A DNA stretch of 64,000 bases, taken from a virus. Taxonomy: Duplodnaviria; Caudoviricetes. The stretch spans positions 83,707 through 147,706 of IMG/VR virus record IMGVR_UViG_3300035686_000003; one strand, 5' to 3'. Positions 27,951 to 39,200 of the stretch are shown in pieces; the stretch's first letter is position 1, and each line of letters starts with the position of its first letter. The notes under the pieces are model-generated. The model saw nothing but the letters and a program-made list of their open reading frames with translations, was not told where the DNA came from and did no database searches. Made by a program: the position numbers and the translations under genes.

Positions 27951-28894
27951 TGATTTCAGAGTCCTCAATGTATTTCAAGATTTCTTCTGGTGTTGCAGCT
28001 TCTAGAATTAAAAAAGCATCACCACATTCACCCAAATGAAAATAATTAGGATGCCCTGACTGATACAACAGTAGTTCACGCTCGCTAACAATAGCAAGAG
28101 TACGCAAAAGTTCATGGTATGTCATGGATATAGCAACTCCTCAATCACTTCATCGAACTCACTCATGTCTGCTGATGGTCTACGTCCGTTAGCTTCTGCT
28201 TCTTGAGCGAGGATGCAACGGAGGGCTACGATTAAACCTTGCTCTTTACCTGCGTTGAACGCTTTATCAATGTTTGCCTCTAAGATTGATTGGTAGTCGT
28301 GGTTTAGTGTGGCTTTGTTGTACTTTTCAATAGCTAACTCTACTTGCCATTGATGAAAGTGAATGTGAGTGACAATTAACTTCTTGGCGTCAATGTTGCC
28401 TTTGCACTCTCGAACTTTTGCATACTCACTCATTGTTTTCTCCCTACATCCGTAAAGGCGTCCAATCTTGGAAAGCAACACCTCTCTCTTGTGCTTTTAC
28501 AATTATTCGTGCTTGAGTAGCAGCTTTCACTTGCAAGCCACCGTTGATGATTGCTGTTGCTGCCTCAAGAGTTGTCTCTCGTTCTACTTGCTGTTCTATG
28601 CCTATACCACTAATATATTTTCCTTCTGGCAAAGACAAAGCTTCTTCTGCTGAATTGATTGTTGAATCCCAAACGTTAATCATCGCATCCTCCAAGATCT
28701 TTCACAATACTAACTCAGCTAAGGTTGATCGTCAAATCGACATTACGGAACTAGTCTTGAACGTAGATTGTCATGAAGTTATCTGTGGAATTAATATCTT
28801 TAGCCAGTTTCAACTTTTGCCCTTCTTTGGTGGAGGCTGAAATATATCTGCCAGGTGGAATGATTTCTACGCTTTTTGTTTTCATTGTTTGTCC

Positions 28895-29893
28895 CTAAAC
28901 CAACAATTCGGCAATAGCACGAGCAACAGGAGGAGCTACTGCGTTACCGACTACCCTCATGTCCACTGCCATCTTCCCACTGAACTTGTAGGTGGGATTA
29001 AAGCCGCTCAGGATAGCTAATGCTTCTATGGTGAGTGATCGCGAACAACCGTCTACTAAAACGTCAATAAGTTTAGTGCGACTACCACCTTTGCCATCGT
29101 CAGCGAGGTGGGCACGGAGAGTCCAGATGGGTTCGTACGAGCGACGGATCTTTGGTGTGTCACGGTAGGCAACACGTTCAATGATGAGGTCATCGGCAAC
29201 ATCTAGTTTCTCTACAGCTTGACATTGAGCTTCAGTGAGGACTGAGGTTGGCAGCTCATGTACGAGATCTCCCAGTGCTTTCCTCCAACCAACGATCTTT
29301 GTGGTAGTGCCATAAATCTTTGGTATTTGACGATCTCTTGTGGCAATGAGGAATACTCGCTCCCTATCTTGTGCAACCCCAAAATCTTTCGCGTTCAACG
29401 GTCGTCCTGCCCAGTGAAACTCATTGTTCCAATGCTTCGGATTCAGCCATCCCTTACGAAACGTCACTTCCGGACAATACACTTGCCACCTGTAACCCAG
29501 CTTATGCACAGCAATTGCTAGCTGCTGGATACTTTCGCTACGTTCGTAGCCTACTACATTCTCCACGACAAGGAAGCGTGGCTTGATGGTGTCTAGCCAA
29601 GGGATGAAGTCGAGGGTTAATTCCGCATCATCACGTTCAGGTGCAGACTTGCTTCTTCTACGGGAATGTGATTGACAGGGTGCTGACAACCATATCCCAT
29701 CAACATTGAGGAAGTCTTTGGGGTCAAGATGTCGGAAGTCGGAGCAGATCGTGTTGCCGTGGTTGGCTTGGTGGATGGCAGCGATCGCCGCACAAGACTC
29801 CACACCGATGACATCGAAACCTGCCTCACTTAAACCCCAGCTCGATCCGCCTCCCCCACAGCACAAATCTAAAACTGTTGGCTTGGTTGCCAT
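28895..29893 (-). CDS. DNA cytosine-C5 methyltransferase
   Basis: DLCCGGGG, APCQ, VENV, Q.RER, GNAV. Confidence 0.92.
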   Translation of the reverse strand: MATKPTVLDLCCGGGGSSWGLSEAGFDVIGVESCAAIAAIHQANHGNTICSDFRHLDPKDFLNVDGIWLSAPCQSHSRRRSKSAPERDDAELTLDFIPWLDTIKPRFLVVENVVGYERSESIQQLAIAVHKLGYRWQVYCPEVTFRKGWLNPKHWNNEFHWAGRPLNAKDFGVAQDRERVFLIATRDRQIPKIYGTTTKIVGWRKALGDLVHELPTSVLTEAQCQAVEKLDVADDLIIERVAYRDTPKIRRSYEPIWTLRAHLADDGKGGSRTKLIDVLVDGCSRSLTIEALAILSGFNPTYKFSGKMAVDMRVVGNAVAPPVARAIAELLV

Positions 29894-30098
29894 AACACGT
29901 ACCTCCCATACATAAATGGACTCTCATAAATCCAAACATCTCCAGCTACATCCCAGTAATCTTTTCTCCACTCATTGAGGCTAATAGCAGGGAAACAATC
30001 GAACCAACGTACACTTTCGCAACAAAAGCTTCCATTAGGTAACGGATAGAGGTAATCAAGAAGCCAAGGATTCTCTGCAACCCTTGGGATTTCGGTGG

Positions 30099-30553
30099 TC
30101 ATGATATCACCGCTTCCCAGGCTGAAATAAGATCATCGAGGTTGGACAAGTTATGTGTGATTACTCTCAATGATGCATCGTTCTCGAATACGATCTCGTA
30201 CTGGTAGTTGATTCTATCGAAGTCACAATTGTAAATTGTGGGTGAGGAAATATAGTTGATCTTCATCAGATTTACTACAGCCCCATTGTCTAACTTAAAT
30301 ACCTTGCTTGTGCCAAATACTTTATCTTCACTCATGCGATTGCTGCCTCCCAAGCTGCAAGAAGTTCTGTGCGAATTGAAAGGTCTGGTAATTCAGCCAC
30401 TTCTAGTGTTGAACCGTCATCGAAGTAAATTGTGTACTCTACCCACTTGTCTCGTCCCAAAGATTCTTCTTTGACTCGTCCAATTCTTGTAATTTTTGTG
30501 AGATTAATTATGTTGCCTTGGGTGAAGGTAAATAGTTTACTATTGCTGCTCAT
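30099..30553 (-). other. Tandem pair of paralogous small CDSs (30099.. and 30332..30553)
   Basis: F....G.vvNL.KI..I...Y.I.F....L...AWEA shared. Confidence 0.6.
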
Positions 30554-30680
30554 GTACTGCCTCTGTTAGCTTGTGACATTATAGCTGGTACAACTTTGTT
30601 TGTAAATGGGATTTTGTCACACGTTACCACATTCCTACATATAAAATAGGAGTGTAGAATTATATACGTAATTTTGTTAG

Positions 30681-30974
30681 ATGTCAAAGGAAAAGAAGTA
30701 CGAGAATCCTGTTGAGCGAATCTACTATGGTATGAATTTACGGCAGGTGAATTTAACGCGGCGCGAGTCTGAGATTATGCGATGGATTTGTTTTGGGTTG
30801 AGAAACTCTGAGATTTCGGAGATGATGGCTGGAACCCTTGCCAGTAGAGGGGTAGAAAGTCACGTGAGGAACATATTAATTAAGAGTGGGCTGAAAAGTC
30901 GGGTTCAATTAGCTATATGGGGACTAAAAGAAGGTATTCTAAACTTTAAAGAGTTGCCGGGGGTAGAAGAATAA
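30681..30974 (+). CDS. LuxR/GerE-type HTH regulator
   Basis: LTRRESEIMRWICFGLRNSEI...VESHVRNILIKSGLKSRVQL. Confidence 0.85.
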   Translation: MSKEKKYENPVERIYYGMNLRQVNLTRRESEIMRWICFGLRNSEISEMMAGTLASRGVESHVRNILIKSGLKSRVQLAIWGLKEGILNFKELPGVEE

Positions 30975-30977
30975 TTG

Positions 30978-31112
30978 TTAATCTGGCTTGGGAAAAGAAG
31001 CAACCATACTTCTTACTAGCTCGGATTTAGTCATTCCACGTCTTTGAGCCTCTTTCTCTAGTTGACGCATTTCGTAACTTGTCATTTTCACTTCTAATTT
31101 TTTGTCTTTCAC
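30978..31112 (-). CDS. CopG-like RHH protein, 44 aa (not in ORF track)
   Basis: MKDKKLEVKMTSYEMRQLEKEAQRRGMTKSELVRSMVASFPKPD, GTG start. Confidence 0.65.
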   Translation of the reverse strand: MKDKKLEVKMTSYEMRQLEKEAQRRGMTKSELVRSMVASFPKPD

Positions 31113-31189
31113 AGCCAGAAGTCCTGCCTAATGTCATGATATTTTTTGCTATAATTAATTATATAACACTTTCAGAGAGTTGATGCAAA

Positions 31190-34100
31190 ATGTTTGACAA
31201 ACAAGGAAAATCATTGTTCGATGAATTAATCGAAATGACGGCTGCTGGGTTAGATAGTGAAAGTGACAATAACAAGATAAGAGACAAGTACATTGAAGAA
31301 GTTTTTGAATTTGGCGGAAAGAAATTCGTTGAACGAGTTAACAAGTATGGGTATACCGAAAAAGGCGACAAAGTAGTTCTAGATGACTGGTTTAAAGAAT
31401 ATCTGGAACTGATCGGTGATTATCGAATTCCTCATACCCTTACTACTGGTGCAGCTCAGTGTGGAAAAGCGCAACCTGTTTACTCCAAAGTTCTTACTCC
31501 TTCAGGTTGGACAACAATAGGTGAGCTAAGACCAGGCGATGATGTTATGTCAGCAGCTGGCACTCCTTGCAAGGTCATTAATATTTATCCACAGGGAATA
31601 AAAAAGGTTTTTTCAATTAAGTTTGATGATGGCACATCGACAGAATGCTGTGAAGAACACCTGTGGCTTACCCAGAACCAAAAAGAAAGGAGACGATATC
31701 GAGAGCAGTCTTTTAGACTACAAGAAAAGCCTTTCTGCTCTGTAAAGACGCTTGCTGAAATCAAACAAACATTAAAATTTAAAAATCCCGAAAAAAAGAC
31801 AGGGCAAACTCATGCAAACAATCATTGTATCCCATTGACAAAAGAAATACAGTTTGATTGTCAAGCTATACCTTTAGATCCGTATTTGTTGGGTGCAATG
31901 CTAGGAGATGGCAGCATGGCTCATCCTCAAAGAATTAGTTTCACGAATATGGACTTAGAAATAATTGACTTGGTAAGGCAAAAACTTCCAGCGGGGTGCA
32001 TTCTCAAAAAGCAAGTCAATGGTGAATTCAGACGTGATGGGAAAAGAGCTGTAGAATATCGTATCAATCAAAGCAAAACTCTTGTTCATGCTTTTGAAAG
32101 TCTAAATTTACTAGGCACTCGAAGCAAAACAAAGTTCATTCCTGACTGCTACAAATACAATTTGCCAGAAATCAGACTAGAAGTTTTACGTGGGCTAATG
32201 GATACAGATGGTAGCATTTGCAACGTGAACAATATGCCAACTATTAGCACTACCTCTAGGCAAATGGCTGACGACATAAGAGAAATAGCTTTGTCATTAG
32301 GGGGATTAGCAATTGTCCATACCATGACTGCTCCTAGTCGGCAAAACGAAAACTGGAACACTGCTTATTCCGTTCGACTAACATTGCCTAACGGAATAAA
32401 CCCATTCCGTTTAACCAGAAAAGCAGAAAGAGTTAAAGAGAGGAACTACTGGCGATTCAAAAGATTTGTGGTAGGTATAGAAGAAGCTGGCGAGCAAGAG
32501 TGTGCCTGTATTTTAATAGATCACCCAAGCCACCTCTATGTTACGAACGATTACATTGTAACTCACAATACATTGGGTCACAATCTTTTGCTAGCAGATA
32601 CCATTATCAATGGCAAACTTAATTGTGGATATTTTTTCTCCTCTAGAGATTCTAGGGAGGTCAATACGCCAGAGCAACAACGCCCAACAATAGAAAGGTT
32701 TGCCGAAGAATACGAAAAAATAAACGGAGTCAAGATCAGGCAACGGTCTGATAGAAAGCTGTCTTCAAGATATCAGATTGATGGTGTGACAGCAATCTTT
32801 TCGTATCTTTCAACTTCAAAGGCAAGCGATAGCAAGAGTTCGTTGGCAGCAGCTGGCGGAAGCGCTGTTTCTTTTACGGCACACGTTATGTTTGTAGAAG
32901 AAGCTGGACAGTCACCACCAGAGTCAACAGAAGTTGTTATGCCTCGCTTATCTGCCTCTAAGATACCGACTAAGCCTAGACGTGATCTAGGGACGCCGGG
33001 AGGAGGAGGTGCTTCCATTGAAGTTTTGTTGCAAGATGTTCACAGAAATTTTTATCCTCATGCACAATGCAAACATTGTCGAAAAATATTTCCACTTCAT
33101 CCATTAGGTTGTTTGCTGAAACCAATCAAACGAAAAAACGACCTAGGGAAGGAAGTGACTAGTTATTTTTTGAGCAGTGGACGCCCTGCACTATGGTTCT
33201 CCCATGATGCAGAACGACCAGTGGAAACAGCCTATATCGGTTGTCCTCATTGTGAAAAACCTATCGACAATGAAACAAGATATGCAGCTCGCTATAGGTG
33301 TACGAAAACAGGGGTTTGGTTAAGAGATTTTCTTGATAGTTTGCCTGTAAATGATCCGGTAGCTTGTGCCGATCTGAACACTAGAGTTGGTATCCACATC
33401 TCTCCCCTAGTTCGCAAGACCAAGCAGAACCTTGCCGCCGATCTCATAGACAAAGGTTTAAGAGCATCTAGAACCGCAGACTATCACCAGCAACAATTAG
33501 GAATTGCAAGTTCCACACAGATAGTTGGCATCTCCCTCGAAATGCTCCGGAAAGCACTTGCAGCACCTAAGCCTGATGGTTCGCCCCTGTTCACTCTAGC
33601 TGGCTTAGACATGGGCAGGAGTCGCGACTTCCTCACGATCGCCCAAATCTATCTCCCTGAGAATTACCGCTTCCTAGATCAACAGGAAATCTCGAAGCAA
33701 TCCATCAGGCGCATTGTCTTCAGCTCAGATGTTGAGCGATCGCAAATACCAGAGCTGCTAAAGCGGCATAAGGTCAACTATGGTATCTGTGATAACGAAC
33801 CTAGTAGGGACTCTTCAATGGAGTTGTGCAATGAAACGAAAGTGTTGCAGATGGCAGACCAGAAGGATACCTTGAAGGATGCTGTGAAGCTTGACAAGGT
33901 TAAGGATGGTGGTGCGGAATATCCTTGCTGGTTTATCCGTAACAAGAAGTTCCAAGACTTAATCCTGGAGACATTTCTTGAAGTTGCTGAAGACGGCTAT
34001 CCGCTTTATCGACTTCCCGAAGCGTGGAACAAGCATCTCAGTTCAAAGTCCGACTTGTCGCCATTCAAGCATCTCACTAGTCCCACTCGTGACCCTGAGA

Positions 34101-34228
34101 CTGAGAAGTGGAAGCGAGCTGCCGATGGGAACGACGACTTGTTCTATTCATTCCTTTTCCTCGAAGCTGCATTTTACATCAAGTGCCTTGAGTTAGGCAA
34201 GTATCCAGAGTGGATTGGTAAGGTTTAG
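31190..34228 (+). CDS. terL: Terminase large subunit, intein-containing
   Basis: Split Walker A AAQCGK|T, VMFVEE, GTP, CxxC pairs, AGLDMG nuclease motif, DDLFYS. Confidence 0.8.
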   Translation: MFDKQGKSLFDELIEMTAAGLDSESDNNKIRDKYIEEVFEFGGKKFVERVNKYGYTEKGDKVVLDDWFKEYLELIGDYRIPHTLTTGAAQCGKAQPVYSKVLTPSGWTTIGELRPGDDVMSAAGTPCKVINIYPQGIKKVFSIKFDDGTSTECCEEHLWLTQNQKERRRYREQSFRLQEKPFCSVKTLAEIKQTLKFKNPEKKTGQTHANNHCIPLTKEIQFDCQAIPLDPYLLGAMLGDGSMAHPQRISFTNMDLEIIDLVRQKLPAGCILKKQVNGEFRRDGKRAVEYRINQSKTLVHAFESLNLLGTRSKTKFIPDCYKYNLPEIRLEVLRGLMDTDGSICNVNNMPTISTTSRQMADDIREIALSLGGLAIVHTMTAPSRQNENWNTAYSVRLTLPNGINPFRLTRKAERVKERNYWRFKRFVVGIEEAGEQECACILIDHPSHLYVTNDYIVTHNTLGHNLLLADTIINGKLNCGYFFSSRDSREVNTPEQQRPTIERFAEEYEKINGVKIRQRSDRKLSSRYQIDGVTAIFSYLSTSKASDSKSSLAAAGGSAVSFTAHVMFVEEAGQSPPESTEVVMPRLSASKIPTKPRRDLGTPGGGGASIEVLLQDVHRNFYPHAQCKHCRKIFPLHPLGCLLKPIKRKNDLGKEVTSYFLSSGRPALWFSHDAERPVETAYIGCPHCEKPIDNETRYAARYRCTKTGVWLRDFLDSLPVNDPVACADLNTRVGIHISPLVRKTKQNLAADLIDKGLRASRTADYHQQQLGIASSTQIVGISLEMLRKALAAPKPDGSPLFTLAGLDMGRSRDFLTIAQIYLPENYRFLDQQEISKQSIRRIVFSSDVERSQIPELLKRHKVNYGICDNEPSRDSSMELCNETKVLQMADQKDTLKDAVKLDKVKDGGAEYPCWFIRNKKFQDLILETFLEVAEDGYPLYRLPEAWNKHLSSKSDLSPFKHLTSPTRDPETEKWKRAADGNDDLFYSFLFLEAAFYIKCLELGKYPEWIGKV
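31469..32569 (+). mobile_element. Class-3 intein (367 aa) with LAGLIDADG homing endonuclease
   Basis: Starts AQP, block B EEHLW, block F ECACI, ends VTHN before Thr+1; LLGAMLGDG and LRGLMDTDG. Confidence 0.9.
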
Positions 34229-34269
34229 TCTAAAATATAAAAATACTTGTCTTATGTTCTAGAGGTTCT

Positions 34270-34479
34270 ATGACTCACATCAATGCTCCGAAACGAGGTA
34301 GCGGCAGAAGGACTTGGAAACTCCCTGGTGAGAGAATATCGGAATACCCTCGCATCACTTGTAGGGTTGACCCTGAGACAGAAAAGTTCTTGGAGGAGCA
34401 GAGGAGTATAGGTGAAACAGATCAGTCGTTAATGACACGATTGATCAAAAATTTACAGGGATATCTGCTGGGAAGTTAA
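34270..34479 (+). CDS. Small RHH-like protein containing RGSGRR
   Basis: PRITCRVDPETEKFLEE...SLMTRLI; AGAGG RBS. Confidence 0.6.
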   Translation: MTHINAPKRGSGRRTWKLPGERISEYPRITCRVDPETEKFLEEQRSIGETDQSLMTRLIKNLQGYLLGS

Positions 34480-34639
34480 GTAGATTAGAGAAGCTTGCTA
34501 ATGCCACCAACGAAGCGAAAGGAAGCAAAAGCAAGCAGGAGAGAGGAGGTAAGAAGGGAGAGGCAACCCTTCCCTCCTTTATTGATACACAGGAACTGGC
34601 GCAACCATATGGGGTCTTGCATAGGATGCACTAGTTACA

Positions 34640-34990
34640 ATGGATTTAACGATAATATATCCCTATAATATAATGTCATCCCCCGATATTGAAGATCAAG
34701 AAGCCTATCTTAAATACAAAGATCAACTAACTCAAGAAGTAACACAAACTTATGCGGGGTTAAAGTACAGCATCCTGGAAACTAATGACCGCGAAAAACT
34801 TCGAGAAATTTCGTTGACCCTAGCAAAGAGTGCTTATGAACAATGCTTAGTTAACTATGACACAGCCGTTGCGATGCTCACGATCAAGAGAAAGTACAAC
34901 ATTGCTCTCTCCCTCATCGGACTTCTTGCAGTTGTTGGAATCCTATCTAATATTGTCACAGCCCTAATTGTATGGCAGTTCCTACGCTAG
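34640..34990 (+). CDS. Protein with C-terminal transmembrane segment
   Basis: IALSLIGLLAVVGILSNIVTALIVW. Confidence 0.6.
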   Translation: MDLTIIYPYNIMSSPDIEDQEAYLKYKDQLTQEVTQTYAGLKYSILETNDREKLREISLTLAKSAYEQCLVNYDTAVAMLTIKRKYNIALSLIGLLAVVGILSNIVTALIVWQFLR

Positions 34991-35316
34991 AGCTATTGGT
35001 TATCGAAGCAGTGCCTAAGACTGTAACCTTCCAAATCAAGGAGACTCTGTTGGGCGACGGCTATGCTCAAGTTGCTTCAGTGGGCAAAGGTTATTCTTTA
35101 ACCAACTACAATATTACTACAGACTATATGCCGTTACCAGTGTCGCTAGAGTTAAAGGAAAAACTAGCTAATTGGCGAGGGGTGCAAGCATTCTATTGGA
35201 CACCGAATCCCGGCATTGTGCCAGCGAAACTGTTTACCTGTAAAGAATGGGGGATTAATCTAGCTACATCGAACTCTCGACAACTCACAGCCACTTTCAA
35301 CGAGGTCATTAAATGA
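34972..35316 (+). CDS. Minor tail protein M (Dit)-like, copy 2
   Basis: LGDGYAQ...RGVQAFYWTP...FTCKEW...LTATFNEV. Confidence 0.82.
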   Translation: MAVPTLELLVIEAVPKTVTFQIKETLLGDGYAQVASVGKGYSLTNYNITTDYMPLPVSLELKEKLANWRGVQAFYWTPNPGIVPAKLFTCKEWGINLATSNSRQLTATFNEVIK

Positions 35317-35642
35317 ACAAGTACGTCGAAGAACACGACGATGAAGATGAAAGAGATGATACTCTTTTGTCAGCAACATCAACAATCGAGTCCCTGCTGA
35401 TTCAGGCGCTAACGAACCAACTGAGTGCTATCGTTAACTCACAAGGTAGAGCTAAGGCTATCTCCTACGAGAATGCCTTTCGTCAAGCAGAAACGTTGCG
35501 ATCGCTGGCTCAGACAGCACTGATGTTGAGCGATTCTGATTCAGTGTACCTTCATGGTGCCAAGATTCAGGACTTCCTTAACAGAGCAATTCTCAGTCAC
35601 ACATTCCACACACAATCTACTTCCAATGAGTCTAACCCTTAA
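35313..35642 (+). CDS. Hypothetical protein
   Basis: ATGA coupling. Confidence 0.55.
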   Translation: MNKYVEEHDDEDERDDTLLSATSTIESLLIQALTNQLSAIVNSQGRAKAISYENAFRQAETLRSLAQTALMLSDSDSVYLHGAKIQDFLNRAILSHTFHTQSTSNESNP

Positions 35643-35808
35643 CCAAGAACTCGAAATCCAGAACTTTCGCCTACAGCTACAAAAGATGTCCCATGAAGAA
35701 GCACAGCAGGTAGCTGTAGATTTATTTGTGCAGCTATTGCAACAACAGAATGCAATCAAGGAGATGTTCAAAGAGATAGCTCTTGGTGGAGGGCAGAGCT
35801 TCCAATGA
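35626..35808 (+). CDS. nblA: Phycobilisome degradation protein NblA-like
   Basis: MSLTLNQELEIQNFRLQLQKMSHEEAQQVAVDLFVQLLQQQNAIKEMFK fits the NblA pattern; 60 aa. Confidence 0.78.
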   Translation: MSLTLNQELEIQNFRLQLQKMSHEEAQQVAVDLFVQLLQQQNAIKEMFKEIALGGGQSFQ

Positions 35809-36287
35809 TGTTGCCTGCGATCCAATACTGCAAGAAGTGTGGTGAATACAAGGAGTGGTGTGAGGAAAATTTTTACGTTGATTTTCGTACAGGTAAACTG
35901 GAATACCATTGCAAGCAATGTAGAAGAAAAGATTCTAGCAAAAGAAATAAAGCTAACCGTCAAACAGATCGGGGTTGGGCAAGGGATTTAGTCAACAAAG
36001 CAAGAGAAAGAGCCAAACTTAAAGGCTTGCCTTGCGACATCACTGTTGAATGGATTTTGCTAAACACCCCACTACTCTGCCCTGTGCTGGGAATTCCTTT
36101 GAAAAGAAATAAACTAGCCGTATCGGATAACTCTCCCACCCTTGACAGGATTAACAATTTGCTTGGTTACATCATCGGCAATGTCCAAATCATTTCCATG
36201 AAAGCAAATCGTGCCAAGAATAATCTTTCCTTTGAAGAAATAGAAAGATTGTACCTCTACTACCAAGAAAATAACGTCAGCGACTAA
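35805..36287 (+). CDS. His-Me-finger / HNH-like endonuclease
   Basis: CKKC..CKQC, CPVLGIPL, SPTLDRI..GYI.GNVQIIS.KAN.AK. Confidence 0.75.
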   Translation: MMLPAIQYCKKCGEYKEWCEENFYVDFRTGKLEYHCKQCRRKDSSKRNKANRQTDRGWARDLVNKARERAKLKGLPCDITVEWILLNTPLLCPVLGIPLKRNKLAVSDNSPTLDRINNLLGYIIGNVQIISMKANRAKNNLSFEEIERLYLYYQENNVSD

Positions 36288-39200
36288 TGCCTCTACCCAC
36301 CCTTGTCCTCTCCCCAGAACTCACTGCCAGCAAGACCCTGCGATTCCAGACCAAAGAAACCCAGCTAGGGGACGGGTATGTGCAGACATGTGCTGTGGGT
36401 AAGAGTGATGGACTAGAGGAGTGGAGCGTCCGAAGTGATTGGCTCAATGATGCTGATATACAGATACTGATCAACCAGCTCAAATTCCTGCGAGGCTCAA
36501 AGCCTTTTGCGTGGCAACCAGAGGGTGCGGATAGGGGACGAGTGTACATTTGTGAACTCTTCGAGGTAGTGCAGCAGGGGCAACTACAGCAAATCAATGC
36601 AACGTTTGTGGAGTTTTTGGAAGGCGAATGTGAGCCTTATAGGGGACAGCTGATAGCGGAAGACGAAATATTGGAACTGTTGGCTGCAAACAAGGGGTTT
36701 ATTCATAGATTCACCAGAAACCAAAAACCTTTTTTAGTAAATACCTCTTTTTTACTCACCAACTCTTTCCAAGAAACTCTAGGAAGAGGAAATTATTTTA
36801 CCCAATTATCCGCCACTACTGAAGGACAGTTTGTTGCAATCCGAGCATCAATGTATGCCTATGAGCAAACGGGTGACACCTATTGGCGTGACGTAGCGAT
36901 CGCAATGGCAAATGCTGCTATCTTTTATCTTTACCCTATTCAACCTTTTCCTCCGGTAAACTGGCAAACACTTGACGAAAACAATATTGTTGTTGCTCAC
37001 TGGCTTTGTAATCTAGATCCCGTACCTAGTAAAGCGCCTGTAGCTGACGATCCGTTGAACAATGGTTACTTCAATCTAGTTGTAAATTTTGTCAATGGTG
37101 TTGGGCAAATTCCTCATGGGGCACCCACTTTTGGAGAAAAACTGTCAAATGTTTATCGAGTAATTCCAATGAATGAAGAATTACTTTGGCAGAATGTTTA
37201 TGCGTTTCCGAGATACAATCCCCAGAGCTATTATGAGATCGACTATTGGGTAACAGACATTTCTTTAAAGGGTTTAATCCGTAGGTTCTATGCTGATGCT
37301 CAGCAGCCAGGTGGACGCCAACCACTGCCTACCAACGAACCTTTAGGGTTGGTTAAGTTGATTGTCCCTTATACAGGACAACTTAAGGTTACTTTTTCAA
37401 CTTACACAGGCGCAATTATCCCAGTCAACGGCTTATATGAGCCATATCCTTGTTGGAGACTCTTGCGTCCTAAAGAGGCTCTAGCAGCCATTGATACTTT
37501 AGCTTGGTCATGGGATGCGTACCGAAAGCTTTGGGAAAATACTGGTAATGAGTATTGGTATCGGTGTATGTATTACACAGCTTTGACAGAAGTGAGAGCT
37601 GCCCAAATAGAAAATTCTTCGGCTTGGTACAAGAAGTACGACGCACAAGACCCTTTTAGACATCCTGGAAGCCAAATTATTATAACTCCTGAAAACGATA
37701 GTCGCACTTACGTTGCAACAAGAAACTATGGGGGAGACAAAAACCTTTGGCTTAAAGTAGATTTGACTGCTTCTAACAAATCTTTTCCAACCGTTGAGAT
37801 TCAAAACTTTGCTGTTCAACCAGGAATAAATACAGATACTGTTGTCCAAGTAGAAGCCGCTTGTTCTCAAGCCACAACATTAGAAGTCGTATTAAGTTTA
37901 TCTCAAAACGCTTTTGATTTTACAAAATATTATATTTGTCGAATGCCTGTACCCAGCGGCAACGTGCCCACGGTAGCAAACTTTACTTCAAGGGAGTTTG
38001 TAAAGTTTGAACCTAAAACAAATGTTTGGAACCCGTTCATTGCCGACAATCCAATTTACACCTACAAGGGAGATGATGGAGAGGTTACTGTAACCCTAGT
38101 TAAGTCCTTAATCGATGGCGTTGCTAGAGATGTGTACGCAATTAACTTAAAAGCTAGAGGTGATTATGCTGGCGCAGGCTTTGTCACAAAAGGGATAGCT
38201 CCTGATCTGGGTGGTGCCGCTCCTAATTTTCCTTTAAAACTATTCTACAGATTTGAAAGAGTAAACGATGGTGGTTGGCTTTACTTAACAGTTAACGGCA
38301 AGAAATATGGAGTTTATCTCGAACAAACACAAGATTGGGCAATTCAAAGTTTAGAACCTTCAGATCTGGTAAATGACGATGATGAAGCTCCACCTTCAGA
38401 TGGAAAAATTACCAACATTGAGGTTGAATGTAACGGAGACGACAGAGCTATCTTTTATGTTTGGTGGATAGGTTCAGCAGCAGAAGAATTACCAGCGTAT
38501 GCTCAAACTTACAAAGCAGCTATAGTTTCTAAAGTTAAAACTGCTCACACTTTATGGTGTGGAAACTTTGAGGCTATAGGGGCACCTAGTAATGCCTTGC
38601 GTTATGTTCCAGGAGTGAATTTATTCACGGTAAATGTAGAGAATGGTGCAATTGACTCTTGGCGCGGATCTTGCGTGATGGCAGGTTACCAAGACCCTTA
38701 TCACCTCGTTAGAACAGAGCAATGGGAGCGCTTAGGTAATCAACTGCAATTTTTAGAAGACTCTCAAAATGCTTATCAACAAGCTAATCCTGACAGAATC
38801 AATGGACTATTTTATCAAGGTTTTTTGCTGCAATTTTGGGACGCTGTTGATTTTGTAGACAATAGAGGCTACAACGTTTTTACGGAAAATACTATCGATC
38901 CTAACTCTGAATGGTGTCAGTACTTTACTCGCCCATTGAAGTCAACAGCTTATGCATGGTATCTATTAGTTGAAAAAGGTATGGGCAAAACTAAATATGC
39001 CAAGCAAGCAGAACGAATCGTGATGAGGTTTCTTGGCTTTCTCTTCACTTTTCATAGGAACAGAAACTCAAATCAACCCCCTACAAACATTAGAGTTGAT
39101 AATGGCGCAAAGGTTCTTTATCACGAACCTTCTACCGCTGCTTTAACGCTTGCCGCCTCTATATTTGCTAACTTGGCTGGTGGCAATAGCCTGATAACTT

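Noticed and set aside
28895-29893. Complete restriction-modification system
   Set aside because: No adjacent restriction endonuclease recognised; treated as an orphan methylase.
30654-30667. NtcA site GTA-N8-TAC before the LuxR-type gene
   Set aside because: About 20 such matches are expected by chance in 64 kb, and it is not at an activating position.
34640-34990. Second NblA-like gene
   Set aside because: Only vague helical resemblance, and it has a C-terminal TM segment.
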